Under the pieces are notes generated by a model. It was given only the letters and a program-made list of their open reading frames with translations, did not search any database and was not told where the DNA came from. From positions 16,296 to 80,295 of the forward strand of contig CAZVLU010000005.1 of the NCBI GenBank assembly GCA_964628235.1: a stretch of DNA of 64,000 bases. The letters run 5' to 3'. Each line of letters opens with the position of its first letter. Within the stretch, counting starts at the first letter, position 1. Both the position numbers and the translations under genes were made by a program. This DNA comes from an uncultured Rhizobium sp. Lineage in GTDB: Bacteria > Pseudomonadota > Alphaproteobacteria > SMXQ01. Shown piece after piece: positions 9,777 through 20,765 of the stretch.

Positions 9777-10070
9777 CTAGGCTGAGCGCGCCACCGGCGC
9801 GTGCGGCGTCCAGAAATAGACCAACTGCAGGCCTAGGCGCTCTTCCAGCCGTTCGAGCGCCGCATGCGCGGCGCGGCGCTGCGCCTCATGCAGCGGTTCG
9901 CCGGCGCGCGGCCGCACGGCGACATATTCGGCGTCGCCCTCCTGCAGATCGGCTCCGAACACGGCATAAGCTTTATTGCCAGCGATGCCGAGGCTGGCGC
10001 GCGCGGCGGCCGAGTGCGGCGTCGAGACGGCGCTGTCAGGCACGGTGTCGAAGGCGATCATGCTGGCCAT
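9777..10070 (-). CDS. hypothetical protein
   Basis: 97-aa ORF, no recognisable domain. Confidence 0.3.
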   Translation of the reverse strand: MASMIAFDTVPDSAVSTPHSAAARASLGIAGNKAYAVFGADLQEGDAEYVAVRPRAGEPLHEAQRRAAHAALERLEERLGLQLVYFWTPHAPVARSA

Positions 10071-10259
10071 GGAACTCTCCGTTTAAATGACTGTTCCCGA
10101 TGCTAACGGCGCGGCAATCAAAATGCTGCGACGCAAAACATCCATCATAAAACGTCCATATCTATGGCAAAGACGATCACAACGTCGCGCGGGCAAGCGC
10201 GTCGCGCGTTCAATGCGGGTTTGAACGCGTCATCGATTCGGCAAGTTGTGAGTGAAAAT

Positions 10260-10336
10260 GGTCGGGACGATAGGATTTGAACCTACGACCCTCAGACCCC
10301 CAGTCTGATGCGCTACCAGGCTGCGCTACGCCCCGA
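10260..10336 (-). tRNA. tRNA-Pro (anticodon GGG)
   Basis: Reverse complement CGGGGCGTAGCGCAGCCTGGTAGCGCATCAGACTGGGGGTCTGAGGGTCGTAGGTTCAAATCCTATCGTCCCGACCA folds as cloverleaf; anticodon loop CTGGGGG; CCA end; coordinates hand-counted (+/-1). Confidence 0.85.
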
Positions 10337-10475
10337 CCTTGTCCGCCGGCCGGCATGGGAAACCTAAGCCGTCGGCGGAGGGGGCGGAATGTACCCTGCC
10401 CGTCCCACCGCCGCAATGGCTGAACGCCGCGAAAACAATGGAGAAAACTGCGCCGAAAAAGCGCCGAACAGCGGC

Positions 10476-10991
10476 CTATTTGCGCAAAAGCGCGCGCAAG
10501 CCGGACAATTCTTCGAGCAGCGCCTTGAGCGCCAGCTTGGTGTCGTCGTCGAGGCCGGAGACACGCACCGCTTTGGCAGCGCCGGCGATCGAGGGGGCTG
10601 CAGGCTTGGGCGCTTCGACGACGCGCGGCGCTGGCGCTGGATTCGGCTCAGCGGACGGACGACCCGGCTTGAGGCCGCCATCGCGCAGCAGCTTCTGCAC
10701 GCCCTTAATCGTGTAACCGTCGCCATAGAGCAACGCGCGGATGGCGCGCAGCAGTTCGACGTCTTCCGGGCGGTAATAGCGCCGACCGCCGCCGCGCTTG
10801 AGCGGGCGGATCTGCGAGAACTTGGTTTCCCAGAAGCGCAGCACATGCTGCGGCACGTCAAGGTCGGTGGCGACCTCGCTGATCGTGCGGAAGGCGCTGG
10901 CGGACTTCATGCCGCGCCGCGCCGCCAAAGCGTCTGCTGCCTCCGGCCCATCTTTGAATAGGCCGGCTGTCTGTTCTGCACGATCGGCCAT
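10476..10991 (-). CDS. MerR-family transcriptional regulator
   Basis: HTH_MerR motif [24 protein letters not shown]...[19 protein letters not shown]; conserved partner downstream of ihfA. Confidence 0.8.
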   Translation of the reverse strand: MADRAEQTAGLFKDGPEAADALAARRGMKSASAFRTISEVATDLDVPQHVLRFWETKFSQIRPLKRGGGRRYYRPEDVELLRAIRALLYGDGYTIKGVQKLLRDGGLKPGRPSAEPNPAPAPRVVEAPKPAAPSIAGAAKAVRVSGLDDDTKLALKALLEELSGLRALLRK

Positions 10992-10992
10992 C

Positions 10993-11337
10993 TCACGCCT
11001 GGGTCGGCGTCGGCGACGTCGCGCTCGCGACGTCCGGCGCGGCGCCAGCGTCGTTGATGCGGTTTTTCAGGACATGCGAGGCGCGGAACACCAGCACCCG
11101 GCGCGGCAGGATCGGCACTTCCTCGCCGGTCTTGGGATTGCGGCCGACGCGCTGGCCCTTTTGACGGACGGAAAAACTGCCGAAAGACGAGATTTTCACC
11201 GGCTCGCCGCGAATCAGCGCGCCGCTGATCTCCTCCAGCACCGCCTCGACCAGATCGGCCGATTCGTTGCGGGACAGGCCGACTTCCTGATAGACGGCCT
11301 CGCTCAACTGGGATCGGGTAACCGTATTGCCGCTCAT
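10993..11337 (-). CDS. ihfA: integration host factor subunit alpha
   Basis: 114 aa; [20 protein letters not shown]...[23 protein letters not shown]. Confidence 0.9.
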   Translation of the reverse strand: MSGNTVTRSQLSEAVYQEVGLSRNESADLVEAVLEEISGALIRGEPVKISSFGSFSVRQKGQRVGRNPKTGEEVPILPRRVLVFRASHVLKNRINDAGAAPDVASATSPTPTQA

Positions 11338-11617
11338 GCCACTTCCCCCAACGCTGCTGTCATCGCCAAGCTTCGGCAGTGACGTTACCGCCAGCGCAGA
11401 AATACGTCAATAATCAAAGGGATGGCAGACTTCGCTCACGTCTTGCCCGAATCGCGTCATGGAACTAGCGATTCGGCTGGATTCCTCAATGCGCAGAGCA
11501 AGACGCAGCGCTAAAGGTCGGACAAGAATCAGGAAGTGGAATTCGACGACGGCTATCAGCGAACGCCAGCAGACGCCCTGCTCGCCAGCGGCGAGCGCAT
11601 GAAAGAATCTTGGGCCG

Positions 11618-12592
11618 TTACCAGCGCACGGCCGCTGAGGCCCAAGTGAAGCCGGCGCCCATGGCTTCCAGCATGACCAACTGGCCGGGCTTGATGCGGC
11701 CATCGTTGGCCGCCTCGGCGAGCGCCAAGGGGATCGACGCTGCCGAGGTGTTGGCGTGGCGATCGACCGTGATGACGACCTTCGCTGTCGGCAAACCGAG
11801 CTTCTTCGCGGTGGCTTCGAGAATGCGCAAGTTGGCTTGGTGCGGCACCAGCCAGTCGATCTCGGCCGAGGTCAGGTTGTTGGCGACCAGCGCCTCCTCC
11901 AGCACCGCCGCCATATTGACGACGGCATGGCGGAACACTTCCTTGCCTTGCATACGGACCTTGCCGACCGTGCCGCTGCTCGACGGGCCGCCGTCGGCAT
12001 AGAGCATGTCGTGCTGGCGGCCATCGGAATGGAGATGGGTCGAGAGAATGCCGCGATCGGCGCTCGTCCCTTGTCCCTCGCCGGCCTTCAGCACCACCGC
12101 GCCGGCGCCGTCGCCGAACAGCACGCAAGTCGTGCGGTCTTCCCAGTCGAGCAGGCGCGAGAAAGTCTCGGCGCCGATGACCAGCGCCGTCTTGGCCTGT
12201 CCGAGCCGGATGGCGTTGTCGGCAACCGACAGGCCGTAGATGAAGCCCGAGCAAACCGCCTGCACGTCGAAGGCAACGGCCTTGTGTGCGCCGAGCGCGG
12301 CTTGCACCTTCACCGCTGTGGCGGGAAAGGTATGGTCCGGCGTGGCGGTGGCGAGCACGATCATATCGACGCTCTCGCCCGCGACGCCGGCCTTCTCGAG
12401 CGCTTGGCGCGCGGCGGCGATGGCGAGGTCGGAAGTCTTTTCGCCTTCGGCGGCGACATGGCGCTGGCGGATGCCGGTGCGCTCGATGATCCATTCGTCG
12501 GACGTGTCGACGCGCGTCGCCAATTCGTCGTTGGTGACGATGCGGCTCGGCAGATAGGAGCCGCAGCCGGCGATATAGGACCGCGTGAGCAT
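11618..12592 (-). CDS. fabH: 3-oxoacyl-ACP synthase III
   Basis: 324 aa; active-site [24 protein letters not shown]. Confidence 0.9.
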   Translation of the reverse strand: MLTRSYIAGCGSYLPSRIVTNDELATRVDTSDEWIIERTGIRQRHVAAEGEKTSDLAIAAARQALEKAGVAGESVDMIVLATATPDHTFPATAVKVQAALGAHKAVAFDVQAVCSGFIYGLSVADNAIRLGQAKTALVIGAETFSRLLDWEDRTTCVLFGDGAGAVVLKAGEGQGTSADRGILSTHLHSDGRQHDMLYADGGPSSSGTVGKVRMQGKEVFRHAVVNMAAVLEEALVANNLTSAEIDWLVPHQANLRILEATAKKLGLPTAKVVITVDRHANTSAASIPLALAEAANDGRIKPGQLVMLEAMGAGFTWASAAVRW

Positions 12593-13650
12593 TACGAGAC
12601 CGTCGCCTCTTGCGCCACGGGCACGACAGGAACTGCCGGCGTCAGCGCTTGCAGTTCATGCAGGATCTTGGCGTTGAAGCCGCCTGCCGCCATGTCGATG
12701 GCGACGCCGACAGCATTGGCGAAGCCGAACGCGTCGGTGCTGCCGTGGCTTTTGACGGCGATGCCGTTGAGGCCGAGGAACATCGCGCCGTTGTAGCGGC
12801 GCGGATCGAGGCGCGAGCGCAATTTGTTGAGCGCCGGGCGCGCCAGCAGATAACCCAGCATCGCCAGCAGCGAGCTGCGGAACGCGGCGCGCAGGAAGTT
12901 GGAGTAGAGCCGCGCCAAGCCTTCGGCGGTCTTGAGCGCGACGTTGCCGGTGAAGCCGTCGGTGACGACGACGTCGACCGCGCCGGCCCACACGTCGTCG
13001 CCTTCGACGAAGCCCTCGAACAGGATCGGCAGATTGCTGGCGCGGATCATCGCCGCGGCGTCGCGCAGCACGTCATGGCCCTTGAGGTCTTCCTCGCCGA
13101 CGTTCAACAGCGCGATGCGCGGCTTGACCATGCCGAACACGGTGCGCGCGAAGACTTCGCCGAGAATGGCGAATTGCGCGAGATTGTTGGCGTTGCAGGA
13201 AATGTTCGCGCCGAGGTCGAGCATGACGCTTTCGCCGCGTTGCGTCGGCACGATGGAGGCGATGGCAGGACGGTCGATGCCGGGCAGCGTTTTCAGCACC
13301 ACCTTGGCCATCGCCATCAGCGCGCCGGTGTTGCCGGCGGAGACGATGCCGGCGGCGTCGCCCGAGGCGACGGCGTCGATGGCGAGGCGCATGGAGGATT
13401 GCCGCGCGCTGCGCAGCGCCACGGAGGGCTTGTCGTGGTCGGAAACGGCGGCGTCGGTATGGCGGATCTCGCAGATATCCGCAGCGACCTTGTGACGCGC
13501 GAGCAACGGCTCAAGCTTCGCCTTGTCGCCGAACAGCAGGAAGCGCGCTTCGGGATGACGCTTATGGGCGATCTCGATGCCCTGAACGACCATGTCGGGG
13601 GCTTTCTCGCCCCCCATGGCATCGATCGCGATCGTCAAGCGCTCGGCCAA
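12592..13650 (-). CDS. plsX: phosphate acyltransferase PlsX
   Basis: 352 aa; AIDAMGGE...[12 protein letters not shown]. Confidence 0.9.
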   Translation of the reverse strand: MAERLTIAIDAMGGEKAPDMVVQGIEIAHKRHPEARFLLFGDKAKLEPLLARHKVAADICEIRHTDAAVSDHDKPSVALRSARQSSMRLAIDAVASGDAAGIVSAGNTGALMAMAKVVLKTLPGIDRPAIASIVPTQRGESVMLDLGANISCNANNLAQFAILGEVFARTVFGMVKPRIALLNVGEEDLKGHDVLRDAAAMIRASNLPILFEGFVEGDDVWAGAVDVVVTDGFTGNVALKTAEGLARLYSNFLRAAFRSSLLAMLGYLLARPALNKLRSRLDPRRYNGAMFLGLNGIAVKSHGSTDAFGFANAVGVAIDMAAGGFNAKILHELQALTPAVPVVPVAQEATVS

Positions 13651-13686
13651 AGCCTCGCTCCCGCGCGAATCGGCCAGGCGGCCGAT

Positions 13687-13872
13687 TTAGGCGCGGCTCT
13701 TGGGCGCGACGACCTCGCGGCCGTCGTAATGGCCGCAAGAGGGGCACACATTGTGCGGACGCGCGAGTTCGCCGCAGTTCTTGCACTCGACATGCGCGGT
13801 GGTCTTCAGCGCGTGGTGCGAGCGGCGCATGTTGGTGCGCGACTTGGAAGTTTTAGCTTTCGGAACAGCCAT
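13687..13872 (-). CDS. rpmF: 50S ribosomal protein L32
   Basis: 61 aa [23 protein letters not shown]...C..C zinc ribbon. Confidence 0.9.
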   Translation of the reverse strand: MAVPKAKTSKSRTNMRRSHHALKTTAHVECKNCGELARPHNVCPSCGHYDGREVVAPKSRA

Positions 13873-14066
13873 GATACGTCTCTTTCAACCGCGTTATTTC
13901 GAACGGAGCCGGATGGCCCCGGTGATCGCAAATCTTGATCGCCAATTCTGCCCAGATAATTCAACGCCGGCACGGGCGCCCGCAGGATATCCTGAAGGGC
14001 AGCCTTAGCGGCCGGCGGAAAGGCGCTTACTTACTCAAAAAGGCCGAGTGAGGCAAGCGTTACGGT

Positions 14067-14636
14067 TCATGTGTTGCCCTTTCTTACCAGCCTTGCCAGG
14101 GCCACGAAAGGCGAATTCTTGGCGGCGGAACCCTCAGATTCCACAGGCTTTTCGTCCTCGGCAGCAATCACGCCGTCCGGCAGCGCCGCATCCGGGGCCC
14201 GCGGGTAGGGATCGAGCGCCAGGGCAAGCTGCTCAGCCGCCGCCTCGCCGACGTCCACCGCCTCGTTTTCCAACGGATCTGGCGGATCCTCCGCCTCGGG
14301 ATCCAGCTCCAGTTCCTTTTCCATCGCGGCCGTGGTGACGTCGTCGGCGTAGTCCTGGGTGAAGCGCTCGTCGATGTCGCCCCCGACAGGCTCCAGGGTG
14401 ACGACGCAGCTTTGCACCACGTGGGCCCGAATATGCGCCTTCAGGATGGCCCGACGGCCGCCGTCGAGGGTTTTCAAGCTGCCCTCGGCCGTAAAGCGCT
14501 CGATGGCGATGATGCCGAAGCGCTTGGCAAGCGCCGCGCGCTCAGCTTCGTTCGCCTCATATGCGAAGGTCTGCAGCGGCTCGACGCCGCGGTGGACCGG
14601 CAAACGGCGCGAAAACTCAGGGATGAGCGCAGTCAT
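14067..14636 (-). CDS. YceD/DUF177 family protein
   Basis: Upstream of rpmF as usual; start moved to M74 of the track ORF (MTALIPEF...); acidic C-terminus. Confidence 0.75.
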   Translation of the reverse strand: MTALIPEFSRRLPVHRGVEPLQTFAYEANEAERAALAKRFGIIAIERFTAEGSLKTLDGGRRAILKAHIRAHVVQSCVVTLEPVGGDIDERFTQDYADDVTTAAMEKELELDPEAEDPPDPLENEAVDVGEAAAEQLALALDPYPRAPDAALPDGVIAAEDEKPVESEGSAAKNSPFVALARLVRKGNT

Positions 14637-14646
14637 GGGAGCCTCC

Positions 14647-15192
14647 TCAGGCCGCTGCGGCGGGCGGCGGCGCGAAACGAACGCGTCCGGCCGCCAGTTC
14701 GGCGATCGGTTGAGTCGCGAGCAGGCCATCGGCCTGGCGCAGATAGGCCGCCAGGGCTGCCACGGCAGCGGCAGACGGCGCAGCCTGCCCTGGGGCATCC
14801 TCGTAAACGTTGCGCGCCAGGGCTGCTTCCAGACGGTCGGCAGCGAGGCCGTCCTCATAGGCGGCGATGCGCCCGTAGAAGGATTTGGCCAATTTTTTGA
14901 TGCGCTTGCCGACGGCGAGGTCGCCGGTGCCCAATTCGCGCAGGTTGCGGTCCATGTCGGCGAACATCAGATCGAACAACTCCTGCGCCAGCGGGCCCGC
15001 CCCCTCGCCGGTCTTGAGCCGGCGCATCACCAAGAAGGCATGCAGCGCGATCATCTCAAAGCGGCCCTGCACCGTGTCGGGCACGGCGCAGACGGTATAG
15101 AACGCCGGCTGGCGCGCCTGGGCGACGAGCTGGCCATAAAGGGCCGCGGCGGGATCGGCGCCGAACCGGCGAAACAGGCTGCGAAAGATCAT
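14647..15192 (-). CDS. ubiquinol-cytochrome c chaperone family protein
   Basis: 181 aa from MIFRSLFRRFG; resembles Ubiq_cyt_C_chap/Cbp3-like domain. Confidence 0.6.
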   Translation of the reverse strand: MIFRSLFRRFGADPAAALYGQLVAQARQPAFYTVCAVPDTVQGRFEMIALHAFLVMRRLKTGEGAGPLAQELFDLMFADMDRNLRELGTGDLAVGKRIKKLAKSFYGRIAAYEDGLAADRLEAALARNVYEDAPGQAAPSAAAVAALAAYLRQADGLLATQPIAELAAGRVRFAPPPAAAA

Positions 15193-15334
15193 CTTTTTCA
15201 AACGGCCACAGAATGGAACAAAGCGTGATTGACAGCTTGGCAAGGCCGGTGCGACTGTCCCCGCGAGGCGCGCAACATGGCGATTTTCACGCCCGCCGTC
15301 AACCGCTAGAACCTTGTGCGGTTTGTGAGGTTAT

Positions 15335-15817
15335 ATGACTAAGACACTGAAAAATATTCTTCTTTCGACAGCTATTGCTTCGCTTTTCGCGACCACGGCC
15401 TGCGAAAGCGATATCGCCGCGCGCGGCAATATCCCCAAACCCGAAAAACTGGCCGAAATCACGCCCGGCGCCACGCGCGATCAAGTGCTGCAGGCTATCG
15501 GCTCGCCGACCTCGATGGGCACGTTCGACAATAAAACTTGGTACTACGTCGGCCAACTGACTGAGGACTATGCATTTTATTCGACGAAAGTGATCGACCG
15601 CAAAGTCGTCGCCATCACCTTCGACGACAGCGGCCGCGTCGCCGAAGTGAAGAACCTGACCAAGGAAGACAGCCAGGACGTCCAGATGGTATCGCGCACC
15701 ACGCCGACCGTGGGCCGCGACATCAGCTTGTGGAACCAAATCTTCAGCAATCTTGGCCGCGGCGCCGCTTTGCCCGGCGGCACCAGCGGCAGCGGCGGCA
15801 GCGACAGCGGCCTCTGA
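15335..15817 (+). CDS. bamE: outer membrane protein assembly factor BamE
   Basis: Lipobox LFATTAC; SmpA/OmlA core NIPKPEKLAEITPGATRDQVLQAIGSPT. Confidence 0.8.
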   Translation: MTKTLKNILLSTAIASLFATTACESDIAARGNIPKPEKLAEITPGATRDQVLQAIGSPTSMGTFDNKTWYYVGQLTEDYAFYSTKVIDRKVVAITFDDSGRVAEVKNLTKEDSQDVQMVSRTTPTVGRDISLWNQIFSNLGRGAALPGGTSGSGGSDSGL

Positions 15818-15845
15818 GGCTACGCCCCTCTTTCGCGACGCTGCT

Positions 15846-15882
15846 TCTCACAGCAAAAAGCCGCGCGGTCGCCCGCGCGGCT
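15846..15882. terminator. bidirectional rho-independent terminator between bamE and hppA
   Basis: aaaaagCCGCGCGGtcgccCGCGCGGctttttc perfect 8-bp stem flanked by A and T tracts. Confidence 0.6.
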
Positions 15883-15907
15883 TTTTCTTTAGTCGATCTC
15901 AGATCGC

Positions 15908-17983
15908 TTAGGCGGCGAGCGCCAGCAGCAGCAGCGCCACGATGTTGACGATCTTGATCATCGGGTTGATGGCCGGACCGGCAGTATCCTTGTACGGATC
16001 GCCCACCGTGTCGCCCGTCACGGCAGCTTTGTGGGCTTCCGAACCCTTGCCGCCGAAGTGGCCGTCTTCGATGTACTTCTTGGCATTGTCCCACGCGCCG
16101 CCGCCCGAGGTCATCGAGATGGCGAGGAACAGGCCGGTGACGATCACGCCGAGCAGCATCGCGCCGAGCGAGGTGAAGGCCGCGGACTGGCCGGCGATCA
16201 GCATGATCACGAAATACAGGACGACGGGCGCCAGGATCGGCAGCAACGACGGGACGATCATTTCGCGGATCGCCGCCTTCGTCAGCATGTCGACGGCCTT
16301 GCCGTATTCCGGCTTGCCGGTGCCTTCCATGATGCCCGGGATTTCCTTGAACTGACGGCGCACTTCGACGACGACCGCGCCAGCGGCGCGGCCGACGGCG
16401 CGCATGCCCATCGAGCCAAAGAGGTAGGGCAACATGCCGCCGAACAGGAGGCCGATCACCACGAACGGATCCTGCAGACGGAAGGTCACCTGCAAGTTCG
16501 GGAAGTAGTGCGTCAGGTCTTCGGTGTAGGCGGCGAACAGCACGACAGCGGCCAGCGCGGCCGAGCCGATGGCGTAGCCCTTGGTCACGGCCTTGGTGGT
16601 GTTGCCGACGGCGTCGAGCGCGTCAGTCACCTTGCGGACTTCCGGCGGAAGCTGCGCCATTTCGGCGATGCCGCCGGCGTTGTCCGTCACCGGGCCATAA
16701 GCGTCGAGCGCCACGACCATGCCGGCCAGCGCCAGCATGGCGGTCGCGGCGATGGCGACGCCGAACAGGCCGGCCACCAGGTAGGAGCCGAGGATGCCGC
16801 CGCAGATGACGATCGCCGGCAACGCCGTCGATTCCATCGAGACCGCAAGGCCCTGGATGATGTTGGTGCCATGGCCAGTCTCCGCCGCCTTGGCGACGCT
16901 GACGACCGGGCCGCGGCCCGTGCCGGTGTAGTATTCGGTGATCCACACCAGCAGGCCGGTGACGACCAAGCCGATGAGAACGGCATAGACCAAGCTCAGG
17001 CCGGTGAAGGTCTGGCCGGCGACCGTGAACTGCGTCGCGAAGCCGATCCAGTAGTAGATCGCGGCGGCAACGAGACCAGCCGAAATCACGGCGCTGGCGA
17101 CGAAGCCCTTATAAAGCGCGTTCATGATGTTGTTGGTCGAGCCGAGACGCACGAAGAAGGTGCCGGCGATCGAGCCGACGATGCCGAGACCGGCGATCAC
17201 CAGCGGCAGCATCATCATGGTCGCCTGCGTGGCGCCGGTGAAGAAGATGGCGCCGAGCAGCATCGTCGCGACGATCGTCACGGCGTAAGTCTCGAACAAG
17301 TCGGCGGCCATGCCGGCGCAATCGCCGACGTTGTCGCCGACGTTGTCGGCGATGACGGCCGGATTGCGCGGATCATCCTCCGGGATGCCGGCTTCGACCT
17401 TGCCGACCAGATCGGCGCCGACGTCGGCGCCTTTGGTGAAGATGCCGCCGCCGAGACGGGCGAAGATCGAGATCAGCGAGGCGCCGAAGCTGAGCGCCAC
17501 GAGCGCTTCGAGGATCGTGCGGATTTCGAGGCCCATGCGCTGCAGCACGAAGTAATAACCGGTGACGCCCAGAAGACCGAGGCCCACGACCAGCATGCCG
17601 GTGATGGCGCCGGCCTTGAAGGCTAGAGCGAGCGCCGGCTTCATGCCGCTGCGCGCCGCTTCCGCCGTGCGATGGTTGCTGCGCACGGAGATATTCATGC
17701 CGATGTAGCCGGCGGCGCCGGACAGCACCGCGCCGATGACGAAGCCGATGGCCACGGTCAGACCGAGCTGCCAAAGCAATAAGACGGCGATGACGATGCC
17801 GACGATGCCGATAGTACGATACTGACGGTTCAAGTAGGCGGCGGCGCCTTCCTGAACGGCAGCCGAAATTTCACGCATGCGGTCGTTGCCGGTCGGTGCG
17901 GCAAGCACGGAGCGGCTGGCGAAGATGCCGTAAAGCACGGCGAGAACGCCGCAAGCAAGCACCACCCAATAAGCAGTCATCAC
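15908..17983 (-). CDS. hppA: K+-insensitive H+-translocating pyrophosphatase
   Basis: 691 aa polytopic protein; [33 protein letters not shown] motifs. Confidence 0.9.
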   Translation of the reverse strand: MMTAYWVVLACGVLAVLYGIFASRSVLAAPTGNDRMREISAAVQEGAAAYLNRQYRTIGIVGIVIAVLLLWQLGLTVAIGFVIGAVLSGAAGYIGMNISVRSNHRTAEAARSGMKPALALAFKAGAITGMLVVGLGLLGVTGYYFVLQRMGLEIRTILEALVALSFGASLISIFARLGGGIFTKGADVGADLVGKVEAGIPEDDPRNPAVIADNVGDNVGDCAGMAADLFETYAVTIVATMLLGAIFFTGATQATMMMLPLVIAGLGIVGSIAGTFFVRLGSTNNIMNALYKGFVASAVISAGLVAAAIYYWIGFATQFTVAGQTFTGLSLVYAVLIGLVVTGLLVWITEYYTGTGRGPVVSVAKAAETGHGTNIIQGLAVSMESTALPAIVICGGILGSYLVAGLFGVAIAATAMLALAGMVVALDAYGPVTDNAGGIAEMAQLPPEVRKVTDALDAVGNTTKAVTKGYAIGSAALAAVVLFAAYTEDLTHYFPNLQVTFRLQDPFVVIGLLFGGMLPYLFGSMGMRAVGRAAGAVVVEVRRQFKEIPGIMEGTGKPEYGKAVDMLTKAAIREMIVPSLLPILAPVVLYFVIMLIAGQSAAFTSLGAMLLGVIVTGLFLAISMTSGGGAWDNAKKYIEDGHFGGKGSEAHKAAVTGDTVGDPYKDTAGPAINPMIKIVNIVALLLLALAA

Positions 17984-18220
17984 TCTAGTCCCCTTGAGAT
18001 TTGATCTCTGATTGTCTCGGCGGACGCCGGGTTCGGCGTTCGCGCCGGCAGGGCTCGGTTTTTTTCCGTATGCCGCGATGCCGGGTCGCGCTTCTCGAAA
18101 CGGGCGGATTCCCGGCCAAAAAGCCGGCGGAACATGACAGAACTGGTTCAGATACGCAACTGGCTAGGCTGTCTCGGCAGCCCTGCCCTCCTCTGCTCAC
18201 TGGGCGGAAAATGCCCTTTT

Positions 18221-19435
18221 TTAATGCCTCGTCTTCACGCGAAGCCATAGCACTGCCACGAGTGCTGCCAGCACAAGCGGCGTCACCACCAAGTTGACGA
18301 ATATCCAACCCAATTGATGCTGCACTGCACCGGAGGCCAAAGAGGCGAGCGCCACCGCGCCGAAAATGACGAACTCGTTGAGGCCCTGAACGCGCGCCCT
18401 CTCGGCGGCGTCATGGGTGGCGGTGAGCAACGCCGTCGCGCCGATGAACATGAAATTCCAGCCCACCCCGAGCAGCACGAGGGCGACGATATAGTTCGGG
18501 AAATCGGTACCCGAGAGATTGATGCCGACGCAAGCCAGGATCAGCAGCGCGCCTGTGGCGATCACGCGATGAACGCCAAAACGCGCGATGAGATGGCCGG
18601 TGAAGAAGCTCGGCGCGAACATCGCGAAGACATGCCACTGGATGACGGTGGCGGCATGGTCGAACGGATGGTGATGCCCGACCATGGAGAGCGGCGTCGC
18701 CGTCATCACCAAGTTCATCGAGGCATAGCCGGCGACGGCGGCGAACATGGCGACCAGAAAAGCCGGCCGGCGCAGAATAACCGCCCAAGGCGCCCCGCTT
18801 TGCCCCGGCCCCACGGCTGCGGGTTTGGGGATGTCGATGCCCGAGAGCATAAGGAGCGCCAGCAAATGCACGCCGGCGAGCAAAGCGAAGCTGCCGGCGT
18901 AGATCGTGCCGGCAATGGCGTCGACGCCGAGCTTGGCCAAATTCGGCCCGATGAACGCCGCGACCACGCCGCCCGCCATCACCAAGGAAATCGCCTTGGC
19001 GCGGAAAGCAGGATCGGCCGTGTCGGCAGCCGCGAAACGATAGAAGGCTGCGCAGCCGTTGAGCACGCCGATCAAGAGCGCCGCGAGGCAAAACAGCAAG
19101 AAATCATGCCACAGCAGGGCCAGCAGGCTCAGCCCCGCGCCGGCGATGCCGCAGGCCGCGCCGAGCCCGACGCCGGCGCGCCGACCGAAGCGGCGCATGA
19201 ACAGCGACGCCGGAATCGTCGCCGCCATGGTGGCGATGAATTGCAAAGACAGCGGCAAGGTCGCAAGGATGGGATTGGGCGTGAGCGACGCGCCGGCAAG
19301 CGCCGTGACGGTTAGCACCAGCGAGGTGCCGCTCATGTAAAGCGCCTGACAAATAGCCAGCAAAGCCACGTTGCGCCGCGCGCGGCGGCGTTGGGCCTCA
19401 TCAGATGCGGAAGGGTCGGCGGCGACGGCGTTCAT
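18221..19435 (-). CDS. MFS transporter
   Basis: 404 aa, 12 predicted TM helices. Confidence 0.8.
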   Translation of the reverse strand: MNAVAADPSASDEAQRRRARRNVALLAICQALYMSGTSLVLTVTALAGASLTPNPILATLPLSLQFIATMAATIPASLFMRRFGRRAGVGLGAACGIAGAGLSLLALLWHDFLLFCLAALLIGVLNGCAAFYRFAAADTADPAFRAKAISLVMAGGVVAAFIGPNLAKLGVDAIAGTIYAGSFALLAGVHLLALLMLSGIDIPKPAAVGPGQSGAPWAVILRRPAFLVAMFAAVAGYASMNLVMTATPLSMVGHHHPFDHAATVIQWHVFAMFAPSFFTGHLIARFGVHRVIATGALLILACVGINLSGTDFPNYIVALVLLGVGWNFMFIGATALLTATHDAAERARVQGLNEFVIFGAVALASLASGAVQHQLGWIFVNLVVTPLVLAALVAVLWLRVKTRH

Positions 19436-19485
19436 GCGCCAGGGAGGATGCGCCCGCCCTGCTGCTTAGGCAATGGGGGCCTAAG

Positions 19486-19968
19486 CTAATTCAGCGGACG
19501 CTGGGAAACGCCGCGCACCAGGATGCTGTTGACCACGCCGGGACCGAGCAGCTTGTCGCTGACTCGCGCTAGGCGAATTTTCACCACCTGCTGATCGAAC
19601 AATTGGCCATCGGCGCGCTTGATCGCCAGCAGGCCGTAGAGATCGCGCAAATAGGCATCGTAAAGCTTGTAGCGGTCGGTGATGACTTTATCGCGGTTCT
19701 TCTCGCCCTTGGTCTCGACGACGATGGCGATGTTCACGTGATCGGTCACCTCGTTGTCGCGGATGACCGGGATGCTGAACAGCGGCAGCGGCAGATGCTC
19801 GACCAACTCGCCGCCGAACATGGCGCGGATCTTATCTTGGGCCGAGGGGTCGTCTTTCTTGCCATCGCCGGCGGCTTGAGCAGCAGACGTGAAACCGCCC
19901 AGTCCCGCCGCCCAAAAGGCCAGCAGGAACAGCGCCAGACCGACAGAGCGTGCGCGCGGCTTTTCCAT
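19486..19968 (-). CDS. hypothetical secreted protein
   Basis: Start moved to M82 of the track ORF (MEKPRARSVGLALFLLAFWAAG signal-like). Confidence 0.4.
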   Translation of the reverse strand: MEKPRARSVGLALFLLAFWAAGLGGFTSAAQAAGDGKKDDPSAQDKIRAMFGGELVEHLPLPLFSIPVIRDNEVTDHVNIAIVVETKGEKNRDKVITDRYKLYDAYLRDLYGLLAIKRADGQLFDQQVVKIRLARVSDKLLGPGVVNSILVRGVSQRPLN

Positions 19969-20017
19969 GCCGCCAGCCTGGCGGCGGCGGGTAAAGATCG
20001 CGTTAAAGCTGAAAGGC

Positions 20018-20605
20018 TCAGGCGGCGCCGAGAATGCGTCCGGCCGGCGGCGTCGAGAGGTGCAGCACCTCATAGGTCTGCACCGTATCGGCGCGGGCCT
20101 TATTCTTGCCTGCCGTTTCGTCGCGCCACAAACTGAAGCGAACCAATTCCCAGTGATCGGGATCGAGCGCCACGGCATGAGAATGAAGCCCCGAAATGCC
20201 GTGCAATTTGTCATGGGCGGCGCGCTCGGCCTTGGCCAATTCCGATAGGCGCCCTTCCGGCGCGATGGCGTCGGATTCGCGCACGGCCAGAGTCGGCGTC
20301 ATGCTGTGATCGAACACGTCGTAGCTGATGATGTTCCAGGTGCGCACGCGCGGGCGGCTAAAAGTGTCGCTGACATTCTGGAAGACGTCGCCGATCAGGA
20401 AGTCGCGGGCGGCGTCATGGTCGGCCCAAATATAGAACGGGGCGTAAAGGCGATCCGTCGGGCTGAACAGATAGGACTTGTGGGCGAGGCCCGGCAAGTT
20501 GTCGAACATCGAGTAGCGCTGCTGGACGCGGGTGCGGATGTTCTGCGCGCCATAATCGTCGGCGAGCCGAATCGTGTACTGCATGGCGATCATGGCGGGG
20601 GACAC
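20018..20605 (-). CDS. DUF4865-like protein
   Basis: 195 aa; general resemblance to DUF4865 family, assignment tentative. Confidence 0.5.
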   Translation of the reverse strand: MSPAMIAMQYTIRLADDYGAQNIRTRVQQRYSMFDNLPGLAHKSYLFSPTDRLYAPFYIWADHDAARDFLIGDVFQNVSDTFSRPRVRTWNIISYDVFDHSMTPTLAVRESDAIAPEGRLSELAKAERAAHDKLHGISGLHSHAVALDPDHWELVRFSLWRDETAGKNKARADTVQTYEVLHLSTPPAGRILGAA

Positions 20606-20765
20606 CTTACGCTTGTGACAGCTTCGTTTACTCGGAGGCTGGGTTTACTCGAAGGCTGGGATTTTCGACAAATGTTCTCGCCGCATGGCACCTATGCATG
20701 ACATTTCAATAACTTGGCCAGCCTCATTAAAGCTTTGAAGAAATCGGTTTAAACTATTGCTTTGA

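Noticed and set aside
10260-10336. tRNA-Pro as the prophage attachment site
   Set aside because: Lies 18 kb from the integrase with many core genes in between; prophage boundary is next to the MarR gene instead.
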